A stretch of 64,000 nucleotides of DNA from an uncultured Chloroflexia bacterium (GCA_963765765.1 CAVXYC010000002.1:1-64000), one strand, 5' to 3'. Positions 48,119 to 58,979 are shown, numbered from the stretch's first letter. Made by a program: numbers and translations. Notes: generated from the sequence alone by a model not told the origin.

Positions 48119-49699
48119 GTGCCCCAGACTGGCGCTCAAGCTATTGCGCGTGCCCTCAAGCAACGCGGCGTGGACACTATCTTCAGTCTTTCCGGTAATC
48201 AAGTCCTGCCGCTCTATGACACGCTCCATAGCGAGGGCATCCGGCTCATCACAACCCGTCATGAGGCCACCGCGGTGCACATGGCGGACGTGGCCGCGCA
48301 GATCACACGTCGAGCGCAAGTGGCGCTGGTTACGGCCGGTCCGGGGCACACCAACGCACTGACGGCGCTGGGTGTGGCGCGCGCAAATGAGGCTCCTGTG
48401 CTTCTCCTGAGCGGCGCGGCGGATACGTCAGGACGGGGTACGCACGCATTCCAGGAGTTTCCCCAGGCGGAGGTTGCTCAGTTCTTCACTAAGTGGTCGG
48501 GCTATACGGACGTGGCGGCTGAGGCGGGCTCCTTGATCAACCGGGCGCTGGACCTTGCCGAGGCAGACGTTCCTGGGCCCGTTTCGCTGAGCATTCCGTA
48601 CGACGTCCAGCATGTCTCGGTCGATACTAATGTCGAGGTCGGTCGTATCCCGTCGCCGCACTGGGCGGCGGACACCTTGGAGCCGCTGGTCCAAGCGCTG
48701 AAGAAGGCGGAGCGGCCAATCATCCTCGCCAGCCCCTGGATGTCGCGTGATCCGCGGATGGCCGCGCTTGCCTCGGAGCATGGTTGGCCGGTCTTTGCTA
48801 TTGAGAGCCCGCGCGGCGCCGCCGACCCATACCTGATTGGCGCCGAGTCAGCGTTGCGAGAGGCAGACTGCCTGGTGCTTTTAGCTCCATGGGATTTCTC
48901 GGCTCGCACGGCGGACGTTCAGCACCCGCGCTCGCTGGGAATCATTCAGGTCTGGCCGGAGATTCGCGCCTCCAGCGATGGATTCACGGCGCTCCGGGCC
49001 AGGCCGACGCAAGCATTGGATGCGTTGGAGGGCACGGCGTTCCCTAATACCGGTGCCTGGGCACGGCAGGTGGAGGCCCGTCGGACGGAAGCGCGCGAGC
49101 GTATCGGTGCACAGCCGCTTCCTGCTGGAGTTTCGGGCGTGCATCCCTTCAAGCTCGCTGAGGCGGTGAGGCGGCGGCTGACCGCAGCCGACTATCTGAC
49201 GATGGACGGCGGCGAGTTTGTGTGCTGGCTGCGCCTCGGCGTTGCGCAGGGCCAGTGGCGGTCGTCTTGCAATGGCAAGTACGGGCCCGTGGGACCCGCG
49301 TTTCCGTATGCGCTCGGTGCGCGCGCGGCACTAGGCGAAGAACCCGCGGTTATTGCGTTCGCCGGTGATGGCGGTTTTGGCTACCACGCAATGGACATCG
49401 AGACCGCGGTTCGAGAACGGCTTCCTGTGATAGCGATCGTCGGGACTGACGGTTTGTGGGCGGCGGAATGGCACCTCCAGGCACGCCACTATGGCGCGGA
49501 TCGACGCGTGGGGACAGACCTGCGCATCTCCGAGTTCGAGACAATGGCCGCCGCTCACGGAGCAGTGGGAATCGGAGTGCGCAGCGATGCGGAGATTGAT
49601 TCCGCGCTGGACACCGCCTGGAGAGCGATGCGTGATGGGCGACCGGTGATTGTCAACGCATATATCGCCGCTCTGCCCAGCCCCTCGGCGCTGCACTGA
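48119..49699 (+). CDS. Thiamine pyrophosphate-dependent enzyme (acetolactate synthase-like superfamily)
   Basis: TRHEATAVHMAD, VTAGPGHTN, AFQE, AGDGGFG. Confidence 0.9.
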   Translation: MPQTGAQAIARALKQRGVDTIFSLSGNQVLPLYDTLHSEGIRLITTRHEATAVHMADVAAQITRRAQVALVTAGPGHTNALTALGVARANEAPVLLLSGAADTSGRGTHAFQEFPQAEVAQFFTKWSGYTDVAAEAGSLINRALDLAEADVPGPVSLSIPYDVQHVSVDTNVEVGRIPSPHWAADTLEPLVQALKKAERPIILASPWMSRDPRMAALASEHGWPVFAIESPRGAADPYLIGAESALREADCLVLLAPWDFSARTADVQHPRSLGIIQVWPEIRASSDGFTALRARPTQALDALEGTAFPNTGAWARQVEARRTEARERIGAQPLPAGVSGVHPFKLAEAVRRRLTAADYLTMDGGEFVCWLRLGVAQGQWRSSCNGKYGPVGPAFPYALGARAALGEEPAVIAFAGDGGFGYHAMDIETAVRERLPVIAIVGTDGLWAAEWHLQARHYGADRRVGTDLRISEFETMAAAHGAVGIGVRSDAEIDSALDTAWRAMRDGRPVIVNAYIAALPSPSALH

Positions 49700-49770
49700 G
49701 GTTAATGGGACAAAAGGTACTTCAAGACTGCAGGAACATTCACCACCCGTACCTACACTCCTTGTCCCCA

Positions 49771-50552
49771 TCAGTGGCCTTTGAACTGGGGCTTGCGCTT
49801 CTCCACGAACGCCCGGGTCCCTCCTGAGCATCCTCGGTGAGCCCCACGAGGGCGCGGAGTGTGCCTTCAAGGCGTAGAGCATCTCCAAGAGGCATATCCT
49901 GCGCCCTGAATGCGATCTCCTTCACCGCCTGCAATGCGATAGGCGCTCCTTCGGCTAGGCGGTGTGCCAGGCTGGATACAGTCTCGCGGAGCTCCGCACG
50001 CGGAACGACTCGGTTTGCCAAACCCCAGCGCAAGGCCGTCTCCGCGTCCACTGAATCGCCGGTCATGAGCAGCTCCAGGGCAACGCCGAAGGGCGCCAGA
50101 CGGGCTAGCCGAACGGTGCCGCCGCTGCCGGCGAAGAAGCCGTGCCTGATCTCGGGAAGACCCATGCTGGCATCGTCCGAGCAGATGCGCAGGTCGCACG
50201 CCAGAGCCAGCTCGAACCCGCCTCCGAGGCAATAGCCATGCACGGAGGCGATGATCGGTTTCCAGATGGGCGGCGTTTTCCCAAGACTGCCGGGGATCGT
50301 TTGCTCCCAGACATCGCGCGTCCGCGGATCTCCGCTGCTCGCGCGTTCCTTGAGGTCAGCGCCAGCGCAAAAGGCACGCTCGCCGGCGCCCTGAAGTACC
50401 GCCACTCGGAGCTCCGGGTCGTTGCGGAACATAGCCCAAGCGTCCACCAGTGCCCGATGCATCTCCAAATTGATGGCGTTGAGTGACTCAGGCCGATTGA
50501 GCGTGATCCAGAAGACGCCCTCGTCGCGTTCGGTGATGAGTGTGTCGGTCAA
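49771..50552 (-). CDS. Enoyl-CoA hydratase/isomerase (C-terminal frameshift near 49818)
   Basis: ITLNRPESLNA, FCAGADLK, HGYCLGGGFELALACDLR, GLPE. Confidence 0.9.
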
Positions 50553-50568
50553 ACTTCGATTCCGTGAT

Positions 50569-51330
50569 TCAGGGAGTGGTGAGCACCGGGGTGAGAGGGA
50601 GCGGTACAGGGAACAATGGCCCGGAAGTATTCGTGGGCTTGGCAATCACGCCGATTTGCGGGGCGGGTGGGGGCGGCAGTGGCGTTGGAAGAACTGTTGG
50701 AATGGGAGCGGTGGCCGGAATGAGTGCGACCGCTGGGGTAGGTGGATTCGTTGGCGCCGCGGCCTGTACCTGAGCTCGCAATGCTGCCAACGGGTCTTCA
50801 ACCAACAGCGCTGGCGCGGCCGGGGCTGCCGGAGGTGGTGGAGCTGGCGCGGAAGCGAAGTTCGCCCCGGCGGCGCTCAATCGAGCCGCTTCGGTTGCAA
50901 GGACGAGCGGATCAACAGGGACCCCTGGTGCCACTAGACACGGCGCGTCGCAGAAGAGCACCGCCGAGACCTGGCTAAATGGAATGGGCTGCGGTCGTCC
51001 GGTATCGATGGTGACTTCGTCACGGCTCATGCTGACCACGCGACCCAGTACCTGCCCACCTGTGAGAAGCTGTACGACATCGACGCGATTCAACTCAGGG
51101 CCTGCCGGGGGCACGCGATCGGGTCCATCGAGCGCGATCCAATTCAGGAGCTCCCGCGGATACGAGGCGGCACCCATCATGGCCTTGTTGTCGGCAATTC
51201 CAGTGACGAGTCCGGGCGCCGGTAGAGCGGTTCTGAACGCGACGGTGTCGACCTGTCCCTGATTGCCCGGCGCGCTCAGCGCCACCGGATCGTTGAATAA
51301 TAGGCATATGAACGCGAGCACCGGGATCAC
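50569..51330 (-). CDS. Hypothetical exported protein with Pro-rich C-terminus
   Basis: N-terminal hydrophobic segment, DVVQLLTGGQVLGRV beta domain, Pro/Ala/Thr tail. Confidence 0.55.
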   Translation of the reverse strand: MIPVLAFICLLFNDPVALSAPGNQGQVDTVAFRTALPAPGLVTGIADNKAMMGAASYPRELLNWIALDGPDRVPPAGPELNRVDVVQLLTGGQVLGRVVSMSRDEVTIDTGRPQPIPFSQVSAVLFCDAPCLVAPGVPVDPLVLATEAARLSAAGANFASAPAPPPPAAPAAPALLVEDPLAALRAQVQAAAPTNPPTPAVALIPATAPIPTVLPTPLPPPPAPQIGVIAKPTNTSGPLFPVPLPLTPVLTTP

Positions 51331-51534
51331 TCCGGGTGTTTGACGGCGCGGGAGCGGTTCAATGTGAAGCGGGGATCATGAGAGATTTACAACAAGCGTC
51401 TACGTCGTCACACCCGAAGCCCCGATAGTCTAGCCAACCATATCACCTCGAGCAACACCATTACAGTCATGCATCAGATGGACGTTCGCTCCTACTGAGG
51501 TGATGTTCAACTGGTCTGGTTGAGTTGGCAGCGC

Positions 51535-51557
51535 TAGAATGCTAGAACGAGTGTTCT
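51535..51557 (+). promoter_or_regulatory. -10 element plus LexA (SOS) box of ruvCAB
   Basis: TAGAAT (51535-51540) followed by A-GAAC-GAGT-GTTC-T (51544-51557). Confidence 0.85.
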
Positions 51558-51584
51558 GACATTGGGCGGCGTTGAAAGGCCTAC

Positions 51585-52187
51585 ATGCGCGTATTGGGTG
51601 TAGACCCCGGCCTCAATCGGACGGGGTGGGCGGTGGTAGAGGCAGACGGAGATGCGTATCGACTGATCTCGTCGGGCATCATTGCGCCGCCACCAAGTGC
51701 TGAGCTGGGTCAGCGTCTCGATTTCGGGTTTAAGGCCATCACCTCGGTGCTCTCCGAGTCGCGCTCCGGGCTCGTGGCGCTGGAAGAGCTTTTTAGCAAT
51801 CCACACCACCCGACTGCCTCGATAAGGCTGGCGCATATGCGAGGTGTGCTGTGTTTGGCCATGGAGCGTGCGGGTGTCATCGTGCGTCACTACACCGCCA
51901 CCACGGTAAAGCAGCGTCTGACTGGTAGCGGGCACGCGTCCAAGGAGCAGGTGCGCAGCATGGTCTTTCAGCTTTGCCAGATGCCGCCCATGCAAGTCCG
52001 GCTGGATCTGACGGATGCTATCGCGCTGTCCATCACGGGCATCACGGCGGAACGTACCTATGATGAATCGGGCTCGCTTACAACAGGATCGATGCAGGCG
52101 CTTCTCGGAGGTGGACGAGGCCGGCGGGCTCCCGTCTACGATCTGATCTCAGAGCAATATCCGGAGATTCGGGTCGATCGATCATGA
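51585..52187 (+). CDS. ruvC: Holliday junction resolvase
   Basis: RVLGVDPG, VALEELF, TGSGHASKEQV, DLTDAIAL. Confidence 0.93.
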   Translation: MRVLGVDPGLNRTGWAVVEADGDAYRLISSGIIAPPPSAELGQRLDFGFKAITSVLSESRSGLVALEELFSNPHHPTASIRLAHMRGVLCLAMERAGVIVRHYTATTVKQRLTGSGHASKEQVRSMVFQLCQMPPMQVRLDLTDAIALSITGITAERTYDESGSLTTGSMQALLGGGRGRRAPVYDLISEQYPEIRVDRS

Positions 52188-52798
52188 TCGCGACCCTGCG
52201 CGGCACTGTGCAGACCATGATTAACGAAGGCGTAATCCTGGACGTTAACGGTGTTGGCTACGAAGTGTTCCTCCCACCAGTGGTGGCGCAGGCTCTCGAG
52301 GAGCAGCCACCCGAAGGGCTGATTGAGCTGAAGATAGCCGCGCTGGCCACGCGTGACGCGCCATTGCCGGTGCTCTATGGTTTCCTGCACGAGGAGGAGA
52401 AGCAATTCTGGCAGCTACTCCGCTCCGTCCCGCGGGTTGGACCAAAGGGCGCTGCGCGGGCGATGGTGCTGCCGATCAATCGCATTGCCGCTGCGATCAA
52501 AGAGGGCAATCGCAATTTGATCGACAACTTGCCGGGCGTAAGCGCTGATGGAGCCGAGAAGATCATTACCGCATTACGGAAGAAGGTGGAGCCGTTTGCG
52601 GCGTTGAAGGACACGGAAGTGAGCTCAGGCTCCGCGGTTGACTCCAGGGATGAGCTGTCCAGCGTTTCCATTGCGCTCTTGGTCGAGATGGGCATTCGAC
52701 GTGCGGAGGCCGCGGCGGCAGTGGCGCGACTCATCGAGGCGCAGCCGGAGTTGACGCGTGTTGAAGATGTGGTGACGGAATACTTCAGAAAGCCATGA
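52184..52798 (+). CDS. ruvA: Holliday junction branch migration protein
   Basis: MIATLRG, LDVNGVGYEV, LYGF, VPRVGPKGA. Confidence 0.93.
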   Translation: MIATLRGTVQTMINEGVILDVNGVGYEVFLPPVVAQALEEQPPEGLIELKIAALATRDAPLPVLYGFLHEEEKQFWQLLRSVPRVGPKGAARAMVLPINRIAAAIKEGNRNLIDNLPGVSADGAEKIITALRKKVEPFAALKDTEVSSGSAVDSRDELSSVSIALLVEMGIRRAEAAAAVARLIEAQPELTRVEDVVTEYFRKP

Positions 52799-52813
52799 TT
52801 GATCTGGTGACCC

Positions 52814-53845
52814 ATGTCTGACGATCGGATCGTCTCACCCGAAGCTCGTGAGGATGAGGAGACGCTGGCGACGAGCCTTCGTCCCTCCAGTCTGGACACG
52901 TTCGTGGGCCAGCCGCTCATCAAACAGCGTCTGAACATCTCGATTCAGGCGGCGCGTGCTCGTGGCGAGTGTCTGGAGCACGTGCTTTTCCATGGCCCGC
53001 CTGGGCTGGGGAAGACCACGCTCTCGCACATCATTTCCAATGAGATGGGCGGCAAGCTGGTCATGACCTCAGGGCCTGCGCTCGAGCGCACGGCCGACCT
53101 CATGGGAATTCTGACAAATCTGGGCGAGGGCGGCGTGCTTTTTGTGGATGAGATTCACCGCACGCCGCGGTCGATCGAGGAATATCTCTATCCCGCGATG
53201 GAAGATTTCTCGGTGGACTTCATCCTGGATAAGGGGCCGTTTGCCAAGGCCATTAAGCTCAGCTTGAAGCCGTTCACGCTGGTGGGCGCCACCACGCGTG
53301 CTGGCCTGCTCAGCTCGCCGCTACGAGACCGCTTCGGCCTGTACTTCCACCTGGACTTCTATGGACCTGAGGAGCTTGCCGCGATCGTGCGGCGCGCCGC
53401 GGGTGTCTTGAACGTGGGCATCGAAGACGAAGCTACGAACGAGATCGCGCTGCGCTCGCGCGGCACGCCGCGAATCGCCAACCGTCTCCTGCGTCGCGTG
53501 CGTGACTTTGCCCAGGTTCACGGGGCATCCACCATCAATCTCCGTATCACGCGAGAGTCGCTGGCACTTGAGGGCGTTGACGGACTGGGTCTGGACGAGC
53601 TCGATCGCAAAGTGCTTAGGGCGATCATCACCCGCTATGACGGCGGACCAGTGGGGATCGATGCATTGGCGGCGACGATCCAGGAAGAAGTGGACACACT
53701 TACGGACGTGGTGGAGCCTTATCTTCTCCAGGAGGGCTTCCTGACTCGAGCCTCCAACGGTCGACGTGCGTCATTCAAGGCGTATCAGCACCTGAATCTG
53801 CAGCAGTCTGAGAAGCCAGGACAGCCGAGACTCCCGTTGGATTGA
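52814..53845 (+). CDS. ruvB: Holliday junction branch migration ATPase
   Basis: [43 protein letters not shown]. Confidence 0.97.
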   Translation: MSDDRIVSPEAREDEETLATSLRPSSLDTFVGQPLIKQRLNISIQAARARGECLEHVLFHGPPGLGKTTLSHIISNEMGGKLVMTSGPALERTADLMGILTNLGEGGVLFVDEIHRTPRSIEEYLYPAMEDFSVDFILDKGPFAKAIKLSLKPFTLVGATTRAGLLSSPLRDRFGLYFHLDFYGPEELAAIVRRAAGVLNVGIEDEATNEIALRSRGTPRIANRLLRRVRDFAQVHGASTINLRITRESLALEGVDGLGLDELDRKVLRAIITRYDGGPVGIDALAATIQEEVDTLTDVVEPYLLQEGFLTRASNGRRASFKAYQHLNLQQSEKPGQPRLPLD

Positions 53846-53856
53846 GGCTGTGCCTC

Positions 53857-53966
53857 CTGGGAGCGCCGACGTCTCGCCCGTGTCCCTACCGATTGCTTCA
53901 AAACTTGGACGATCGTTCGGGACCCATAGTTGACGGATTGGACGGGCGGGACGCCCACGCTCCCAG
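53857..53966. repeat. REP-like doublet, family A
   Basis: CTGGGAGCGCCGACGTCTCGCCCG ... CGGGCGGGACGCCCACGCTCCCAG. Confidence 0.8.
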
Positions 53967-53975
53967 AGGGTCAAC

Positions 53976-55250
53976 TCAGCTCACCAGAAGCCGGTGATAC
54001 CGCTTTCGTCCCGCGCGCAGGAGGATCTGTCCGTCAGCTACATCGGACTGAGTGAGCTTTCGATCGACCTCGTCAACCCGCTCGTTATTGACATAAGCCC
54101 CGCCTTGTTTGACGAGGTCGCGAGCGGCGCGCTTTGACTGCGCCAACCCTGTCGTAGTGAGCACATCGATCAAATCCATGCCGCCGTTCAGGGTTGTTGC
54201 TGGTATCTCGGTCGTCGGTGCAGATGCAACCTCGCCCTCGCCACTGAAGAGGGCACGTGAGGTCTCTCGCGCCTCGTTTGCCGCCGTCTCGCCATGGGTG
54301 AGCTTCGTGGCTTCGTACGCCAGGACTTCTTTGGCGCGATTGATTTCAGCGCCCTCCAGCCGTCCTAGCTCGCGCACCTCCTCCATCGGGAGGAAGGTAA
54401 ACAGTGCCAGGAATCGCTCCACGTCAGGATCCTCGGTATTGATCCAGAACTGGTAGTAGTCATACGGCGAGGTTCTCTCAGGATCGAGCCAGACGGTCCC
54501 GGCAGCCGACTTACCCATCTTCTGACCCGATGATGTGGTGATGAGCGGCGTCACCATGGCAAACGCCTGAACACCCTCGGTCCTTCGGATCAGGTCCACG
54601 CCGGCCAGGATGTTGAACCACTGATCGCTGCCGCCCACCTGGAGTCGAGCGCCCTCCTCGCGATAGAGATGCAGGAAGTCGTACGCCTGCAATAACGCGT
54701 AGTTGAACTCGATGACGCTCAGGCCTTCGTACTGCCCGGTGGTGCCGGAAATCAGCGGGTTGATGACCCGATCGCGATACGTCTCGTGCTGCAGAAGCTG
54801 ATTGACCGTGAAGTGCTTGCCAATGTCGCGCAGGAACTCGATGTAATTGAGTTTGGTGAGCCAGTCCGCGTTATTGACCATGAGCCACTCGCCTTCGGAC
54901 TGATCCATGAAGCGACTGAGCTGTGCTTTCTGCCCATTGAGATTGGACTGAATCTCCTCGAGCGAGAGCAGCGGGCGTTCGGTGGTGCGGAAGGACGGAT
55001 CGCCCACCAGGCCAGTGCCACCGCCCACCAGGACAATGGGTCGATGCCCAGCACGCTTGAGGTGCGTGAGCAGCATGACGCTGAGCAGGTTCCCCACCTG
55101 GAGGCTGGATGCCGTCGGATCCACGCCCCAATAGAGCGACGTCGGCTGCGCCATGAGCTCCACGAGACCCGCTTCGTCGGAGACCTGCTGGATGAAGCCG
55201 CGCTCTCGGAGAGTCTCGACGGCATTCTTAGACTGGATGGGTGTAGTCAT
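53976..55250 (-). CDS. tyrS: Tyrosine--tRNA ligase
   Basis: YWGVDPTA, LQAYDF, QVGGSDQW, KMGKS, C-terminal S4 domain. Confidence 0.96.
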   Translation of the reverse strand: MTTPIQSKNAVETLRERGFIQQVSDEAGLVELMAQPTSLYWGVDPTASSLQVGNLLSVMLLTHLKRAGHRPIVLVGGGTGLVGDPSFRTTERPLLSLEEIQSNLNGQKAQLSRFMDQSEGEWLMVNNADWLTKLNYIEFLRDIGKHFTVNQLLQHETYRDRVINPLISGTTGQYEGLSVIEFNYALLQAYDFLHLYREEGARLQVGGSDQWFNILAGVDLIRRTEGVQAFAMVTPLITTSSGQKMGKSAAGTVWLDPERTSPYDYYQFWINTEDPDVERFLALFTFLPMEEVRELGRLEGAEINRAKEVLAYEATKLTHGETAANEARETSRALFSGEGEVASAPTTEIPATTLNGGMDLIDVLTTTGLAQSKRAARDLVKQGGAYVNNERVDEVDRKLTQSDVADGQILLRAGRKRYHRLLVS

Positions 55251-55356
55251 GCGTTGTCCATGTCTATTTCGGGATTTTCGGCAAGGCTTATCACTGTTGC
55301 CTGGATTACTCGCCGACTGTCAACTTGACCGATTCGATCCGAATGATGAATCAGGT

Positions 55357-55638
55357 CTATCCTGAAATGACTTCGTCCTCGGGATAGAGTCGCCGCAGGC
55401 GAGCGCCGCTACGTAGCTCGTCGACGAACATTTCAGGATCAAAATCTGTATCTCGATCTCCCCATCCCCCCGATGTTTCCTTGATGAGCCTAAGGCGCTT
55501 CTCGTGCTGAACCTGCTCGACGAATTTGTGGTCGATTGCCTCACGAATAATGGCCGAGCGTGAACGCCGAAGCCGCTTCACGGCCTCGTCGAGAGCATTA
55601 ATCTGTTCGTCTGAAAGGTAAACCTGGATGGGACGCAT
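55357..55638 (-). CDS. Ribbon-helix-helix (CopG) protein, antitoxin-like
   Basis: MRPIQVYLSDEQINALD.....RSRSAIIREAID, GGWGDR. Confidence 0.8.
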   Translation of the reverse strand: MRPIQVYLSDEQINALDEAVKRLRRSRSAIIREAIDHKFVEQVQHEKRLRLIKETSGGWGDRDTDFDPEMFVDELRSGARLRRLYPEDEVISG

Positions 55639-55656
55639 GGTGTGTGTATACACCAT
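55637..55656. promoter_or_regulatory. Palindromic operator overlapping RHH start codon
   Basis: ATGGTGT-GTGTAT-ACACCAT. Confidence 0.55.
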
Positions 55657-55679
55657 CAAGACCGGGGAATCGCTGGGCT

Positions 55680-56802
55680 TTAGCTCGTCAGCCCCAGCCG
55701 CTCGAGCTGCTGCCTGGCGGTATCCACTTCGTCGCGCACGCCAGTTTGCTCGGATACCCAGCCGACGAGCTCGTCGACGCCGTCCTCAAACTTGATACGC
55801 GGCGCGTAGCCGAGTTTGCTCTGGATGTTGCTGATGTCGGCGTAGCAGTGTCGGATGTCGCCGGCTCGAAACTGGCCCGTGATCTCGGGCTCGATGCTCA
55901 AGCCCATCGCTGATGCCAGGTGATCCGCCACATCGCGCACGCTCAGACGCCGACCCGTGCCCACGTTGAACACGCCAAAATCCGCCTCCGACTTGTCCAT
56001 GGCTAGCGTGAGCGCCTGGACGATGTCGCTGACGTGGATGAAGTCACGCGTCTGAAGACCGTCTTCAAAGATCACGGGTGGCTTTCGATTGAGTAGTCGT
56101 GAGCCAAAAATGGCGGCGACGCCGGTGTACGGATTGGAAAGCGCCTGGCGGGGGCCGTAGACATTAAAGAACCGCAGCGCCACCGTCGGAATCCCGTAGG
56201 CGTAGCCGACCGAAAGGCACATCTCTTCCTGGTCGCGCTTGTTTATCGCGTAAATGGATGTGGGCGCCAGTGGCTTGGACTCGTCTGTGGGCAGCGGCGT
56301 GGCCACTTGATCGCAAGCGGGGCAATGAAGCTCCCAATCGCGTGCGCGAAGCTGATCTTCGGGGCGGAGCTGACGGGAACACACGTCCGTGCGCTGCACA
56401 CTCGTATGGCCCCTCGCCATAGATCGACATCGAGGACGCCACGATCACCTTCCGCACGTTCCCGCGTCGATTGATCAGCGTCTCCAGCAGGTCCGCGGTG
56501 GCCATCGTGTTGCCGCGCGTGTACCGGCGGATCTCGTACATCGACTGACCCACGCCTACTTCCGCGGCCAGGTGATAAAGCACGTCGGTCTCGTCCAGGT
56601 GATGCGCCCAGCGGTCCGTATCGGATACGTCGGCGTGGATCAGCTCCGCTTCGGCGGCAAGGTGCTCAGGGCGCTGAGTCTCTCCGTGAACCTGTCCAAC
56701 CAATGCATCCACGACCCGCACCCGATGGCCGGCGGCCAGCAAGCCATCGACGAGGTGCGATCCAATGAAACCGGCTCCGCCGGTGACGAGCACATTAGCC
56801 AT
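55680..56802 (-). CDS. NAD-dependent epimerase/dehydratase, one frameshift near 56373
   Basis: VTGGAGFIGSH, ASSMSIYGEG, YAINK, LRFFNVYGP, RDFIHVSD. Confidence 0.9.
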
Positions 56803-56840
56803 GGAGAGATCCTGAGCGTGAGATTAAGCTGATCGCTTTA

Positions 56841-56957
56841 GGGAGGGACGACCCTGCCCCAGCCCTCCCCGTGCGCGAGGGAGGGAGCTGGATCCGAGAA
56901 AACGTAATACGCCCCGTCCCCGCGCATGGGGACGGGCTGGGTAGGCTCGTCCCTCCC
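56841..56957. repeat. REP-like doublet, family C
   Basis: GGGAGGGACGACCCTGCCCCAGCCC ... GGGCTGGGTAGGCTCGTCCCTCCC. Confidence 0.7.
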
Positions 56958-56991
56958 AGGTATCGACATTGCGAAGCCCCGAAATCCTACC

Positions 56992-57768
56992 CTATCCCTC
57001 GGCCTCAATCGGATACGCGCGCAGCCGTGTTGCCTGTAAGGCCACGTGAATTACAAACACCGCGTTGTCCAGGATGTATCGGCGCCACAGTCGTCGCGGC
57101 TCCTGGCTTAGCCGAAAGAGCCACTCCAGCCCTGACCTCTGAATCCATTTGGGAGCCTGGCGCACTCGCCCGGAGTGGAAATCAAACGCCGCTCCTACGC
57201 CAATCAGTGCCGACGCGCTCAGGCGTCCCACGTGCTCCGCCGTCCAGAAATCCTGTTTGGGGGTGCCCAGTCCAACCCAGACGATGTCGGGCGACATCGC
57301 GTTGATCTGGCTTACGAACGCGGCGTCTTCTTCCGGATCGAGCTCGCGATACGGAGGCGAGATAGCGCCCACCACGGCGAGGTCAGGAAACCGTTGCTGC
57401 AAGCGCGCAGCCAATCGGTCAGCCACTCCCGGGGCTCCACCATAGAAACAATGACGGAGTCCCGACGGAAGACCAGCCTCACAGAGTGCCAGCATGAGAT
57501 CTGGTCCGTAGACACGCCCAACGTTTGGGTGACCCTGCTTATGGGCCAGCCAGACCAGGGGCATGCCATCGGGAGTGGCCAGTGCGGCAGTGTTGATTTT
57601 TGCCCGTAGAGCAGGGTTTCGATGGCATTCAACGAGGGTATGTGCAGTGCATGTGGACACCGCACCACGCTGTCCGCGCGATCGCCAGTCCAGAATCGTA
57701 CAAACCGCGTGATCGAGGTTCGTGATGGAGATGCTCACGCCTATGACGTTGAGGCGAGTCTGGGTCAT
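56992..57768 (-). CDS. WecB/TagA/CpsF family glycosyltransferase
   Basis: TPDGMPLVW, RVYGPDLM, WVGLGTPKQ, GVGAAFDF, GLEWLFRLSQEPRRL. Confidence 0.93.
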   Translation of the reverse strand: MTQTRLNVIGVSISITNLDHAVCTILDWRSRGQRGAVSTCTAHTLVECHRNPALRAKINTAALATPDGMPLVWLAHKQGHPNVGRVYGPDLMLALCEAGLPSGLRHCFYGGAPGVADRLAARLQQRFPDLAVVGAISPPYRELDPEEDAAFVSQINAMSPDIVWVGLGTPKQDFWTAEHVGRLSASALIGVGAAFDFHSGRVRQAPKWIQRSGLEWLFRLSQEPRRLWRRYILDNAVFVIHVALQATRLRAYPIEAEG

Positions 57769-58979
57769 ACCTCAGCCACGGATTCACACTTGTTCAGCAG
57801 ACGCTCATAGGCGGATGACACGCGTTTTGCTACAAGTGGCCATCGGAATTGCTCGTCCACCTTGTCTCGGCCACGCCTGCCCAGTGTCCTGGCAAACGCT
57901 GCGTCGTCGAGCAGTAAATTGATCGATTCCGCCACGCTCCTCGGGTCTTGAGAGACAATTAGACCGTTCTGACCGTGATCGATCAGCTCCTTGGTAGCCG
58001 GCGTATCGGCCGCGATTACGGGTTTTCCTAGCGCCCAGGCCTCCACATAGACCCCACCAAAGCTTTCTTGCGTTGATGGCACGCAGAGCACATTGCAGGC
58101 GTCCAGGGCATCCGTTTTTTCCTCCAGTGAGACGGCGTCCATCTCCAGGATCCTTGGATCACTCGCACTTTCAAACAAACGGCTCGATGCGCGAGTACGA
58201 GGTCCAATGAATACAAATCGAGTTGATGGATGCTTCATCCAGACGATGGGGGCCGCGTCCAGGAGCGCGTCCAGACCCTTGTATCCGAACTTCTGACCAA
58301 GGAATAGGACCATCGGCCCTTGGATTCCCGTTCTGCTGCGGAATCGATCGCCGTGCGCCTCGCTTGCTAGTACGGGGCCGTGCCCAACGACGGCTATGCG
58401 CTCGGCCGCCACACCCAGGCCAATGAGCACTTGACGCTCCGCTTCAGTCAGCGCGAGGACGCCATCCGCCATGCGGTAGAGATCGTGGTATATCCCGTGG
58501 AGCCAGCTACTCCAGCGCGGATGATGAAAGGGCGTCAGTAGAAACGGAATGCCCATTTCGCGTGCCAGCATCATGGATGCGTACGTCAGCGGCTCACGTC
58601 CGATGCGGAAATTGTGAATCAGCCCGGAGCCTTCCAGAGCTGGGCGAAGGTGAGGCAGGAAAATCTCGGCAATTCGCTTTACCGCTCGCCTCTGCCAGAG
58701 TGGAAATCCCAATACCGACGGGATCAGTGTGGCACGCTCCCCTAGGGCGAGCCCCATTCGGGTAACCGAAATACCGTCGATCTCATAGCTACGGCTCGTT
58801 TTAGGTGCGAATATCGTGGTCCCACGTAGCCAATCGGTACGGTGTTTGGACCACATACTGGCAACGCGAACGTCGAAATCATCGCTCAGCTCGCGCGCCA
58901 ACATGTGCGCATGAAGCTGCGCGCCACCGATGGCAGGAGGATAGGACGTGATGGTGTAGCCGAGACGCACGCGTTCCAC
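57765..58979 (-). CDS. Glycosyltransferase family 4
   Basis: YPPAIGGAQ, KGLDALL, PSTQESFGGVYVEAWALGKPVI. Confidence 0.92.
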   Translation of the reverse strand: MERVRLGYTITSYPPAIGGAQLHAHMLARELSDDFDVRVASMWSKHRTDWLRGTTIFAPKTSRSYEIDGISVTRMGLALGERATLIPSVLGFPLWQRRAVKRIAEIFLPHLRPALEGSGLIHNFRIGREPLTYASMMLAREMGIPFLLTPFHHPRWSSWLHGIYHDLYRMADGVLALTEAERQVLIGLGVAAERIAVVGHGPVLASEAHGDRFRSRTGIQGPMVLFLGQKFGYKGLDALLDAAPIVWMKHPSTRFVFIGPRTRASSRLFESASDPRILEMDAVSLEEKTDALDACNVLCVPSTQESFGGVYVEAWALGKPVIAADTPATKELIDHGQNGLIVSQDPRSVAESINLLLDDAAFARTLGRRGRDKVDEQFRWPLVAKRVSSAYERLLNKCESVAEV

